Origin: Ascidiella aspersa
Taxonomy: Eukaryota
Direction of reading: 5' to 3'
DNA length: 64,000 nucleotides
NCBI GenBank assembly: GCA_963924565.1
Contig: OZ004609.1
Location: 25,854,001-25,918,000 of the forward strand
This document shows positions 51,786 through 64,000 of the stretch, piece by piece (the stretch's first letter is position 1; each line of letters opens with the position of its first letter). A program made the position numbers and the translations under genes. The notes beneath the pieces were generated by a model. That model saw nothing but the letters and a program-made list of their open reading frames with translations. It had not been told where the DNA came from and did no database searches.

Positions 51786-54730
51786 CGTCAGTAACAAAGA
51801 TATCGCACTCCATACCAAACTAAATTCCTTGAACTATGTTAATACCTGCCGACCTATATGTGACGAAGCGAAAACATATTCTCGGTGTTTGATTTTTTGC
51901 GCAGTTAATTTAATTTTCCGACCCGGTCGAAGAGAGTGAACTTTAACGATTTCTCAACCGATGGGCGGTGGTGCGGCCAGGAAGGAAGCAATTTGCAGCA
52001 AAACCCTTTTCGGCGCGAAGTTGAGTAGTTCGCTTCAGTCGAGACGATTTTTCTTCCATTCGCTGTTTTCTCGAATGCAATTAAGTTGCCACGAGCGAAG
52101 AAACGCAGACGCAGGGGCCGAGACCGCTGGGACCGGGGGGAGCGCGACCGAAACGTAAACACAGTGTTATTGCGAACTATTTACCTTGCCGCTTCCAGCG
52201 CGTAATGCGCTTAATATCAACAACGGGCCTGCCCCGATTTCAAGCAATATCGCTGCCATATCCAATATAAACAAACGTGTTTGTCGTTGCCAGTGCGCTC
52301 CCCGCTGCTGTAACAGTCGCAGCGCATCGCCGCGGCTTTTGACGGATACATTTACTACAGCAGGAGCTTTGGGTCAACCCGGAGAGAGACAGAGAAAGAG
52401 TTTGCAGAGTGAATCTGATAAGGAAAAGCGAAGAGAGTAAGCGGCGATTGGGAAGCGCAGTATACATTTAGCATTTCTCCCTTTGCTCTCTTTCTGTCTC
52501 TCTTTGTTTCTCTTTCCATTGTGGGCGTCGCAAAACGTTATTGTCGTTTAGTCATGATTTAGGGGGAAACAATGAACATATGACATTAGGGGTAATGCGG
52601 CATTCCTGCTATAGGCTGGAATACGCAACGACTTTTGTCGGTTGACTGACGCGCGAATGGCTGCAGCAACAAAAGCTTTGAGAAAAGTTACAAAACAACA
52701 AATGTATTTAATAAGCGTTATAGTGTCCAACTCGTTACATGCTGCGCCACTATAGGAAGCCGTAATGCGCTAATGATGGGCTACGCTTCACACTTTTACA
52801 ATTAACTTGTCGCGAATCAGCGTAGGCCAAGCTACAGAATCAGGTGCTTTTTGATAAGTGGTGTAGTGTTCTGCGTGTGTGTGTCTGCCTGTGACTCTGT
52901 GTGTGCTTTGCAACTGTGTCCTGTTGTCCGTGACACTAATTTGGGTTTTGCTAACGAGCAAGAACAATCAAACACTCTTGCATGGAGCGTATCTATTTAA
53001 AAGTGCACGCGTTAACAAAACTGAATAGGTTATTAAAGCCGATATCGCTGCTTTACCACTGCTGCTGCTGACTGATGCAATTTAATACGGCGGAAGTTGA
53101 GAAGAAGATCTAAGTTGGCCAGCAGACGCGCTGCCTTTTCTTGATCTTCGAGTGTAATCTCTCTGCTGTCTATAATACCACCGCCCGCTTTAATTGAAGA
53201 TTATTGGCGCACCCACAGCACACAGTCTGCACCGAAACCAATTCAGTCGACAGTTTGCGTTTGTGAGTGGAAGTGCGATTGGAGTGTATTTGTGGCAACG
53301 GGGCGTATATACATCAGGGAAAACGCAACTTTTGCTTGGTCAAGGTTTAGTTAAGATTTTGTTCGACTGAACAAAAATTATGTGAATGCGCGGGAAGATT
53401 AGCGAACTTTAAGTTCGCCGCCTAAGAACAGCAACAGTCGCAGGCGTACAACAGACGTTCTGTTTAATTGCTCACGTTGCCGTAAAAGAATATGGCGCGC
53501 GCTGCGACCTTGACAAGAATTAGTTCGGATAAGAGCGGTCGCCGTGTCGCGCTCGCTTCGCTAAGAATCGCAGAGGTTTCCTCGAGCCGAAGCCAAGAAA
53601 GCTGCGGAGCGTGCGTTCGCGTCATGTTCAAGTCGACGACCCTATATAAGCGAGTAATTGCCGCAAAATCAATTTCGGGCTTCGCCGGATCGTCAGGGCG
53701 CAGCAACAGCGGCTATTGAACGATCGCTTTCTATGAAAGCGGCCAGCGCGCCCAAGTCCGAAAAGCAATCGAGTCGGAAAATCGCACAAGAAAAGAAGAA
53801 AAAACCGCGGCGAGATTTACGAGCGGGTACATGTGCAGGCGACGGGGGCGAAAAAAAGGTAGCGGCCGAGCGGCGTTGCTGCATCGAAACGAGCAATGCG
53901 GAAAACGCAACTGCGCCTGGCGGATTGGAATGAAATCGCGCATGCAGCGGCCAAGTCGCGAGAGAATAGGCGCGTGTCGCGTTGGTTTCGAAAGCGAAGC
54001 GTTCGCTCGCTCGTCGCACTTCGTCGCGCTGGTCAACGGTCGCTGGCCGGGCGAGCAGGTCAGCTGAAAAAGTTGGGGCCTTCAGTTGCCCGAGGAGCGA
54101 CTGGGTAGCGTTTGTGCGTCGCTCTTGAAGTTATTATTGTTTAGCGATTTTTGTTTTTCGCTCCCGAGTGGTAGTTTTTAGTCAGGGAAATTGTACTTGT
54201 CGTTCTTTAAGACTTTTTGATTTATTTTGTTATTAGTTTAGGGCGACACCGTGTTTTAAAAGTTGCGTGCAATCAACAAAAATATTTAGTTTAGATGCGG
54301 GTCAGCACCCGATTATTATACGTGTGAGGTATTTAATTAACAATTGAGAAAACTTAATTTTGTTTTCCAGGGGCGGTTGAATGACCAGTAGGAGGCTACT
54401 ACGAATGTTTCGAGTATACGACACATAATTTCTAGAATCGTGGAATAATAACTTAAAATTAGTAAAACAAATGAGATGTGTTTTTGTAGGGTCAGCCAGT
54501 GGCGAAATTGGCGATTTCTTTAGCAAACCACACAACGTTTAGGTTTGACATATGTTATTTTTGCCTATTTGTTGTGTGCAAAAGTGCACCGGTGGACTTG
54601 AGAATTTTTTGCATTTTTCGGTGATCTTTTTATTCCCTTGCTACTTTTCCAGCGCCCGTTCTGTTTACGTCTACATAAGTTCTTTACTCAATTTGTTTTT
54701 TGCAGGACAATTGCTCTAGAAAGAATTTAA

Positions 54731-57700
54731 ATGTTGGTTATGCCCACCGGTACCGCAATGCACGGCAAATGGGAAGGCGCGAGTATGACCCCTCCGCAGC
54801 TGCCCTACAAGGTAAGAAAAATGTTTTTAACCTGCACAAGTTGTTATGCTTTCGTGTCTCCGTTTTGTACATGTTCGATCGCAAAGCGGCAGCTTTAACA
54901 ATATGCCGTAAATTTAATTCGGCGGTAAATGGGGCTTCAATTTCCCGCAGACTAAACTTTTCGGGTTGGCATACCCACGACAGGGGCCGTGCATCCGAAA
55001 TCCACATTTTGTTGTGTCGATAGCTTTTTTTTCTTTTCTAAGTGTGCTAAATGCAGCATTTCCTCCGCAATGAAAATGTAATTAGGAAATTTACTAGGAC
55101 TTCGATAGCGGTAAACGCGCACATGTTGCTCGAACTCGCAAAAGACTGATCGTTTATAAGCGAAAGATCCAGCCAAGGGAAGTGGGCCGCGACGCTCGAA
55201 CGCAATCTCGGGTACACAAGTCGAAATTGGGTTGAAAGAAAATAAACCCGCCTGTTTGGAAACCGCTGTGCTGCACGGCGGCTGCGTGTGGGGGGAGGGG
55301 GAGGGGCTAAAGCGTGCTCAAGGGGCGGTGCACTTGTCGAATAGTTGAATAACAAATCACCCGTGACAGGTTGCGCATAAACAAAGCGAAAGACGGTCGC
55401 CTTGCCTCTTCTCCTTTTTTTTATCTCTCTCTATTGCCGTCGTGCTTACATGGCTCATTGAAAGTGGCCGCGTACAAAGCTATCTAAAGTTGGGTGTCCA
55501 CTTATTGGGTTTGGGGAGTCGTTGTTTTTCTTTCCACGCCTTTCGCGGAGGCCAAAATTTTAATCCCCTGTGCGAAAACCAAGCTGTTCAAGCAGCGCAG
55601 TGCCGCTTTTCGTAACTTTTCTCTTCTTTGATTGACGTTTCGCCCCAATAGACGGAAAGCTACTTGGTTAATTTGTAACAGTTTTTGTGGACAGATAAGG
55701 GACAGTGATAATAATAAGTAGCCAGACTCGGCGCTGCGACGACGCACGGCGGGTTGGAACCCCGACGAACTGCAAAGCAAATAGATCACCTCGCCGCGAC
55801 AAACACAATGCGGCCTTCAAACAATGCCAACTCTGTGGCGATATCTTGAGAGTGCCCCGTTTCATCGACACAAATGCCATTTCGCCGGCGTGTTTTTATT
55901 TGACTTTGCGCGGCCAGAACGCCAATTGATAACGCTGTGTCAATTGTGCCGTCGATAAAGCCCTCCAAAATTCGCAAACTGCATTTACCCTCACGGCAAG
56001 TTTACAGGTTCCGGTCGAGTCACGGGGCCCCAGAGCGCTCTAATTGACACATTACAGCGGAATTATCATCGCTACTACCCACTCGCGTGCGTGTGCGTAC
56101 GCGCGCATAGGTGTGTGTTGTGCGCTGTGCGTCTGCTCTGCACACCACTGCTGTTGCTGCTGGTCAATGGTTAACTTTAGACGTGACAGAAATGCACTGT
56201 TCATCGACACAGCACGTGGCCCGAAAAACAACTTACAGTGTTACATGTCGCTACCGCCAGCAAATCACCCCGCCTCGTACAATACCGCACAATACACAAC
56301 GAAAAGATCCCAAGTTGTTTCAAGCTGTCCTTTTACTTTGACGCGGCACGTTATCCATTAAAATGGCGCCTCGCTTTGTCGTTCACGTTAGCTGCCTTGC
56401 CCCGCACGCATTGTATTGCTCGACGCGCGTCTGAGGTTAGTGTGTGAAGCGTTTTCGAAGACGCGCGCCATTTTGAGCGCCGCTTCTCTCGCGTAATGTC
56501 GCCAACGGTTCCGCGTGGTTGCCTCCACCCGCGCCGCAAAAGCCTCTTTTTGTTAAAACAATGCGACAAGTAAATCGCAATCGTATCGTGTCACACCGTA
56601 GCGCCGGCCAACGATTTACGCCTTCGTGGGGTGGCGATTACACACTGCGAGACAACAATCCCAACTGGTGACGTCATAAATTACTGGCTGGGCCGCGTTT
56701 TTTTTGCTTTTTCCAGAGAGCCGAGACCTCCGAAAGGACCCGGCAAATACATCTGCCAAGGTTTACGAGTTGAATTATGTCGCAAACGGACATCGGGCGC
56801 TGCGCCGCGATTTACTTTTGAGCAAACCCGACCCCACGAGACGATAGCATGTCGTCTCTTCAAACGAGCGCGCAATCGTAAACGACTATTTGCTCGTTTT
56901 CCTGTAAAACCCGATCGGTTTGACGCTGGTGTTTGCCGTCTTTTATCGACCTCCGCTTGGGTAGCTAAGGTAGTTGTTTGCAGGATTATTTGCCGCGGAG
57001 GTTTTAGCATTAACACTGTTCCGCCCTAAATCATTTTAGTACGAAAAAAATCTTGGTCCTTTCACGTTTCTGATCTTCCCATCAGGAATCATTCCCGAAC
57101 GCGCAACGTTGGAGGCGTTTTTCAAGTCAAATGACATGGAACCGAATAGTTATTTTAAGATTCAAGCGAGCACTGAAACCAAACCCAGGGCGTTGTAATG
57201 GCGCGCAAAGTCGTAGAAACCCCGCTTTAAACTCAAATATATGAATGTATGTTTGTAACACGCCCACTATACGCACTGACCGATGTCGCGCCGCCCGCCA
57301 TTGTATTTCGGCGCTTCGGTTCAAATCGTGGAAATCTACCGGTCGGGGCGCGCGGCACGAACCGCAGTCCTTAAACGGCGGCGGCAATTATTGCTTCGGA
57401 AATCTACGCAGCGGCATTCCCACGCCCGTGCAACCCCGCTTGACCTGCGCAAGAATTGCGGTGAACTTTTAGCAGTAAGTTGGTCGCTCAAGAAACGAAA
57501 TAGCCCCGGCTGTCCAGCGCGAACGGCAGAAGGTTGGCGTTTTTGGTCATAGAACATAGCTGTCGAGGCTATACAAGCAGTCCAATCGTTAGTTAAACTT
57601 TTTGGCCGTTAAACATTCGTGTCTTTAATTCTGGCCAACGCTTCTTCGGGACTATGTCGCGATACGCCGCGTCACTTATATTAAAAACGGAAAGATATAT

Positions 57701-60700
57701 TGGCGAGTTTGGTTTGTGAGTATGACGTAATAAAAGCGTTGTGTTCGAAGGAAAAAATCCGTTCAAGAAACGAGCGCGCTCAATCTAAAAGCATGCCATA
57801 CAAGCGACCGATCGAGATCCCAAAGTTTTCCAGAGGCAGCGTGTTATTTCCCTTCGGGAGCGAGCCCAGCTCCCAACCCAAGCGCCACTTCCATATGGAA
57901 TTATTAATTTGCGCCATTTGCGTTTCCGTGCGCGGCGACTCGCACAACGCCCGTCGCCATCAAATGCGGAGCAGAATCACCACCAACAGCTAAAGCAGCA
58001 GCGGCAACAGACCGATGGATATTGTACGGCGTTGGATGTTTTCCGCGCGAGCCCATATAAAGATGACAAATCGGGCCTGCCGCGGCCTACGCAGTTTATA
58101 TGTAACGCCTCGGTTTCTGGTTACATCTCCGGTGGAATGCGACTCTACTGCTGCTCACTGCTCCACTCCGCTGCTGCGACAGCGGCGCTTTGTTTTCGCC
58201 TGCGTATGGCGGACGCGGTTTAAATAAATATGAATTTATATATCTATATATATACTCCAGATGCAGAATGTGGGACGGAGCTTTAGCCGAAATGTGCCCA
58301 GGAAACCGATGCGTGCGTGACTTGGAACGCCTGCGCGCCCGGCATTTTCTGCTAAACGCTGTCGCTGCTGTCAGTGGCGAGTTGTTACTGGTCTCCAAAC
58401 TTAGTCCACGTGGTCTTCAATAGACTCTACAATATGGGGGGTCATCGCCAGTGGACCGTATGGCTGTAGGCCAAAGGTTGCTGATTGTGGTTAGGCGCTA
58501 TATACTAGGCCTTTCGTCGAAAACGCTTTTTCTGCTTAGCCGTTGCAAACGAGCGACGGTGTTCAATGATCAAATCAATCTCTATTAACAGCTCCCCACT
58601 ACAAGGGGAAATGGAGCCAATCAGGCTGGGCGGCAAATGTCCCCAGTCCAGGTTAATAATTGCGTCTGTTTCCCAGGCCGCCGAAGGCAGCCGACTACGC
58701 GCGCGGCCGTCCCGTGCTTGGCGGATTATTAATGCCGATATCTGATTGTGCTAGGAAACAATCGTCTATTCATCACATTCTCTTTTCGGCGTTCCAATAA
58801 AACGTTGTTTCCTTCCCCAGCGGCGCCCAAGGGTAATAATTGAACGCCGTTCGTCATCCGTACGGTGTAACCTGCCGCGGTCGCCCATGCTTCTGCTGCT
58901 TAGGGGTAATTATGATTATATATGCGCGTGTCGTTGTTACATAAGTCATCGTCGGCGGCTCGATTAGCGTCGCGAAACACGCGCTTCGACGACGGGGTCG
59001 CGCGCTTTTTTAAGGATGCGGCGAGAAAATGGATTCCGCGAACTCTGCTTCGAACTTGCCCGCGTGGGCCAGCACGGCAGCTTTTTCGCACAGGCACGCG
59101 CGCGGGCGTTCAGCAGGCCGGGAAGCAGCCCAGCGCGTTGGCATTGCCAATAATATAAACGTCCTAATTCGGCGCGTCGGGCCCGATGCGATTTTTTGTG
59201 GAAATACACTGCCTTTCCGGCAACGCCGCGGTGCTCGTGGCGCGCCGCGCTATGATTTATGTCCTCCGCGTTCTCGCGTTCCACCCCTCCCTGTGTGGCG
59301 CCCCTTTCCCTACTGTAGTTTGCTGCCTATACCTTTACCAGCTGGGATATACTCGTACATGCCGCACCAGGTTTTTTAAAGGTAGCGTTGTACCGCAAAC
59401 CGTTACCGCAATTTTCTGTGCGGTCGCCAACCCGAGGAAATTACAACTTTGTGCGACCGCATTGATTGCTTTGGCTAATTAACGTCGCAACTTTTGGACC
59501 TCACGCAAGCGGTGCTGACGTTTACTGATGAGCGCTCTACCCCAGCGCTGGCTTCTCATCTACTATTAAAGCGCCCCATACGAGGGCCAGCCTAAGCTGT
59601 TTGCGAAATAAACATGCAGGTTTGCTGAGACGGCTGCGGCAAACACACTAAAAGCCTTGCTTAAGGTTGTTCGATTGTCTACCGTTCATAACGTCTATAC
59701 TTTGTTGTTTATTTGCTATTTTGTATGATGCACGCCCTTTTTTCATTTAAATTAATTAGGTTCTCCGACTAACTTATATGTCCATTATTGAGGATTTTTG
59801 CAATACTATAATGCTTTGTTTTCAGATCGAGCGCCCAGCTTACAGCACACCACCACCAGTTGAAAACACACCGGCCAACAACGAATGTCGGATGGTGGAC
59901 CTCCGTGGTTCCAAGGTCGCCAGCTTCCACCTCGGTCGCGAGGAGTACATCTGCCTGCCTCAAGTGAGTAGATTGGTCTTCGTTAATTAAACGTTAACCT
60001 GAAAAACTTGTTTAAAGGATTCGAAATTACTTCACACATAGTTATCTCTTACTATAATTGAATGCACGTTTAACATTTACTCTTGTGATAATAGTAAATA
60101 AATTTGCTTGATGTACTTGTTGTTGCCCAATGAAAGTGCGAGGGTTTCACCCTTCCTGACGCATCCTCGCTTTAAAAGACTAAACACGAGTCGCCGCTTG
60201 CTTGCTTGATGTCACGTGTTTAGTATACCGTGGCGGCGGTGTGACATCACACCTTCGACGAGCGCTATAGCAAAGCACTTTCCGCTAAAGCAAAGTGCAA
60301 TGTAATCACCCGCGTACCTCGTGCTTATAAACGCACCTTGCGGATATTACCGGCCACCATTTTGATTTCCGCCATCTCTGACGCGCCACGCTGCTGCTTT
60401 TACCGATCGTGACAGGAGAGCGCCCGCCTCTGGTGGATTGGTTTATTTTCACGATTACCCTCGTAATCCCGTGCGCGCCAGTTTTATGCATTATTGCCAG
60501 TTTTACTTTTCCGGGAAAGTCGCGGTGAGGCGGCTTTTGGCCGGTTTAAACGCAGCCTTCGACGCCTCTATATTAAACAGTGGCTTTGGAGGCCAGTTGC
60601 GTTTAGATAGCCAACTTAAACCGTTAACCCCGAATAATGCACCTAGCGGTGCCAGCTGTGGCGATATTTGGCGACTTGGCCCACTTTAGTTGCACTTGAT

Positions 60701-61437
60701 TGTTTCTCTTGCGACATGAGACATATGAGCAAACTGGGCACATAAGAGAATGTCTGACACGCGTAATTAAGCAGGCGCCGGAACATTTGTCGTATTCCTC
60801 TCCTTTGGTCAAAAGTCGATATCGCGTTCGGGGGTGACAAAGCGTCGAAAGTACCGCCGCTTCCAACTCGGCCGATTGAGACGTTCCGATTTAATCCGGC
60901 GTTATCGATTTCGGTCGCGAAACTTGAGACAAATTTGTAAAGATCGCGGCCATCCTTGACATACGTTTATGAGTCGGCCGTGTCGCGATCCCCAACGTGC
61001 ATCGTGGCACTTGCCCTTTGTTGTAACAAGGAGCGTTTTCGATTTTGCGATCGAAGTTAAGAACGTCAAATTTAATTTGCGAATTCCTTGTGCCGACAAT
61101 GCAGATGCCAAAGTTGCGGATTTAAATTTGAGCTCAACTGAACACGCCATATGTGGTCACACATCTTAATCCTAAATAAATTGGTCGAGGTTTTTTGGAA
61201 AGACGACTGAAACCAAGAGTAGCAGCCAGTCAGCTTTCGTTCACTAACGCCCACGTTTTATTTTGATCGAGTCCTGTTGCATGAATATGCTAATCAGCGG
61301 TTCTATCCCAAAAATAAACTGTTTATTTCTTGCAGGCCTTTGAACTCTTCCTGAAACACTTGGTGGGTGGACTTCACACTGTCTACACCAAGCTGAAGAG
61401 GCTCAGCATCCACCCAGTCGTGTGCAACGTAGAGCAG
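54731..61437 (+). CDS. DACH: Dachshund homolog, 5' part (N-terminal Ski/Sno/Dac domain); gene continues beyond the window
   Basis: Exons 54731-54811 (ATG preceded by in-frame TAA; acceptor AG at 54704-54705), 59826-59963 and 61336-61437, all joined in phase 0. They encode AYSTPPPVENTPANNECRMVDLRGSKVASFHLGREEYICLPQ|AFELFLKHLVGGLHTVYTKLKRLSIHPVVCNVEQ, near-identical to the DACH box N. Confidence 0.93.
60179..60254. promoter_or_regulatory. Candidate Dach intronic enhancer (inverted Fox pair plus inverted T-box pair)
   Basis: actaaacacg...cgtgtttagt followed by GGTGTGA-ca-TCACACCT (60238-60254). Confidence 0.4.
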
Positions 61438-64000
61438 GTGAGACCTGTTTAATAACTGTTAGTTGTTGAATCTCTTGCACTTTATACTCCGCTGCTGTGG
61501 CCGCTCGGCGAAATGGCATTTGCCTGCCTCTCGCGGTGCTGGAATGCCAGTTGTCTTAAGGCGCACGTTGCTATACAGACTCTCTTAAAAAAATGCCGTC
61601 GTGTTCCCTACATTTCCATGTTTGCTGTAATTAATTTATCTGTGTACTAAAGTTATCCTTGTACTGGCGATAAGGGTATCAGTGTCATCCCAAAACCTGT
61701 TGTAAATCATTTAAATCCCGCTTGGAAAAAAATTTCCATAACCTTTCACCCCTTGTTTTCTTGGCTAAAACATGTTAGTTGTTTAATAGTTTTTTCTTCA
61801 AACCGTTACATGACGACCATGAAACAATAAACTAGTTTATAATAAACTAAAACATATTTTGCAATTGTGAAGGTCATTTTTTTGTATTTGCAAAATAATA
61901 ATATTACATGTACAATACAATATTTTTCGAAAGTAATTTTTAATCTCATGACACACAATAGGTAATAGGGTAAATTTGAAAAATGTGAATTAATTTATTT
62001 TCCGAAATAACCTTTTTTTATTATGATAATTTGTCAAGCAGCATAGCTTCGTGTCAAAACATTTATTTTCGTCCATTTCGCTGGCACTACACGTGAGCAG
62101 TCAAACTATATTCACTCAATACTGGTAATTGCTTTACACCTGGTTCGTTATGAGACCTTTAAAATGACTAGAAATACACAAAATAAGTGGATTATCCTAA
62201 AGTATTTATTCTTTGTTGACTGAATTAACGCAGCCGCTGTTGGCCACGTTTAAGCCGCAGACACGATAAAAGGCCACAGTAAGCGTTTCTATCGACGAAC
62301 ATATCTGAACCTCCAATAATATTTTCAATAAACCTTGCAATAAATTCTGAACAATAAATATAAATATTTGTCAAAACAAATATTAGCAATATTGGTTTTA
62401 AAATATAAAACTACAGAAAAAAGGTAATCAGATTAAAAATATTTTGTGACGAAATTGTTACACCCAAAAATGTTGTAGTCAACACTCAAGAAAAATTGTG
62501 GTTTTCCGCGGCTTGGTACATGTCGTACTAAAAAAAAAGAAAAAATGCGATAAGGCTATAAGGACCGACTTTCTAAGAAATTCTGAATAGCAACATTCTT
62601 AAAACAACCAAATTGCAAAATTACGTTTAAAGATTATTTGATTTACTCGCCAGTTCAGTCAACCTGGAGTTATTGATTGTTTCGTTCCCATCATGTTCTT
62701 CTGTTTCTAAAAATGATGCGCAAAATCGCATACACGCGAAAAAACAAACAAAAATGAATAAAGACGAGTAATATTAATTTAAAAAAAAAATAAAGAAACA
62801 ATAAAAAAAATAATTAATCATTCTGGATGTGATAATTTCTCATCTAGCATCAAAGTTTGCTATTCGTAGTGGCGCTGGTTGGAACTGAGACAATGGAAAG
62901 TAGGAGTGCCCATTCACGTTTCAAACGACTTGCTAAATGCCTTTGAAACTGCTAAAGCTGCTATTCTGGCTGTTGATAAGCTACAGTTTGATTGATCTTC
63001 AAGGCAGTTCCGCGTATATAGAAAATTCCGGTTCCATTTTGCATCTGCATTACTTAAGTGCTAAGAAACAAAACGTATACAGCACCTAATTGGAAGGTCG
63101 TCACTTAGGTCATTTGCACAAATAAATAACACCAACGCAGTTCACAGACCAATATAACTTGACTTCGGGTTGTTTCTTTACTAAAGATTTGTTCTGCATA
63201 AATGATGGGCTGTCAAACGTTTTTTTTTTATTTTCCTCAACCTTTAGTGACATTTACCAACTTTTGCGTGTGTGGTGTCTTTTATATTTTATAATTAGCA
63301 TGGCCAGGCATGTATTTTCGCGCTCAAAATTATCTTCGTCAAAGTACTGGTGTTTGTTTGTCTCGCTGACTGATGGCACTGTTTGAACAACGTTTGTTCA
63401 GCAAACCTTTTCGTTTTTTTTTTGTGGCATCCACAAAAGTCAACATGTTTAACGAGGGACACTTTATTGTAGTTCCTGTCTCGGTAACAACGTCGTTGTC
63501 ACATATATACACTCTAACGAGGCTTTTCTTGCCATAAACTTTGGAGATAATATATTTCGACATTTGTTTAAGATGCTTTATTATTTTAATGCCATTTATT
63601 TATTTTGCTAACAAATATTTACCGTTACATAGTTAAAACCACAGAACAATGATACAATTCACCTATATGCTAATGCTAAGGTTTGCGGGTTTTTACTATT
63701 TTAATGCAACGATTTTAATTCTTTGCCTAATGTTTCAATTTTGTTTTTAACCTTTATGAGGCGATTTAGAAGATTTTTTTTCATTAGCTGTGCAATCCAA
63801 GTGATCTGTTTTTTGATATTCCGGTGGCCATTCTGGTACACTCACATCGGAGAAAAGGTCTTAATATCTGCCCTTGCGCGCTTGTCTTATTTTGCCAGTT
63901 TGCTCATTTAGCTACTTTTCTCATGCCAGGCAATTTGTAAATTGCCCAACTATTCAACAGCAACTTGCTACAGGAATTTCGTAAAATTATTTTCATTTGT

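Noticed and set aside
53660-53702. Minus-strand CUGACGA...GAAA hammerhead-like motif
   Set aside because: Stem II is out of register and there is no convincing stem I.
47054-59482. Dozens of 60-140-aa ORFs on both strands around Dach
   Set aside because: Arg/Ala/Cys-rich, mutually overlapping and without recognisable domains or splice chains; expected by chance in GC-rich non-coding DNA.
59523-59560. CTGATGAG followed by a hairpin
   Set aside because: There is no GAAA box after the stem, so it is not a hammerhead.

Overview
This is intron-rich animal genomic DNA, not prokaryotic. An invertebrate chordate such as an ascidian is my best guess, inferred from chordate-like proteins, compact introns and alternating CpG-poor and CpG-rich domains. 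Most ORF-track entries are spurious or are exon fragments. I reconstructed four spliced genes by hand with phase-consistent junctions: (1) the 3' part of an adenylate cyclase type 9-like gene (+, 22 exons, 1234-25460); (2) an 881-aa tropomodulin/leiomodin-family gene (-, 13 exons, 37914-29124); (3) TMEM33 (+, 6 coding exons, 42026-44497); (4) the 5' end of dachshund (+, 54731 to beyond 61437) with a large GC-rich regulatory region. Main points of interest: the actin-regulator has WH2/beta-thymosin-like motifs on both sides of its LRR domain and a second tropomyosin-site-like motif; a splice donor switches its WH2 end between LKKV-S-stop and LKKG plus a 241-aa tail; minimal hammerhead ribozymes and related remnants sit in Penelope-like footprints, several enclosed by ~33-35-nt inverted arms; the AC9 lacks both the long C2b tail and the forskolin-resistance residues; three introns are GC-AG; a sharp CpG/GC3 boundary lies inside AC9; and a Dach intron carries a paired Fox plus inverted T-box motif cluster.
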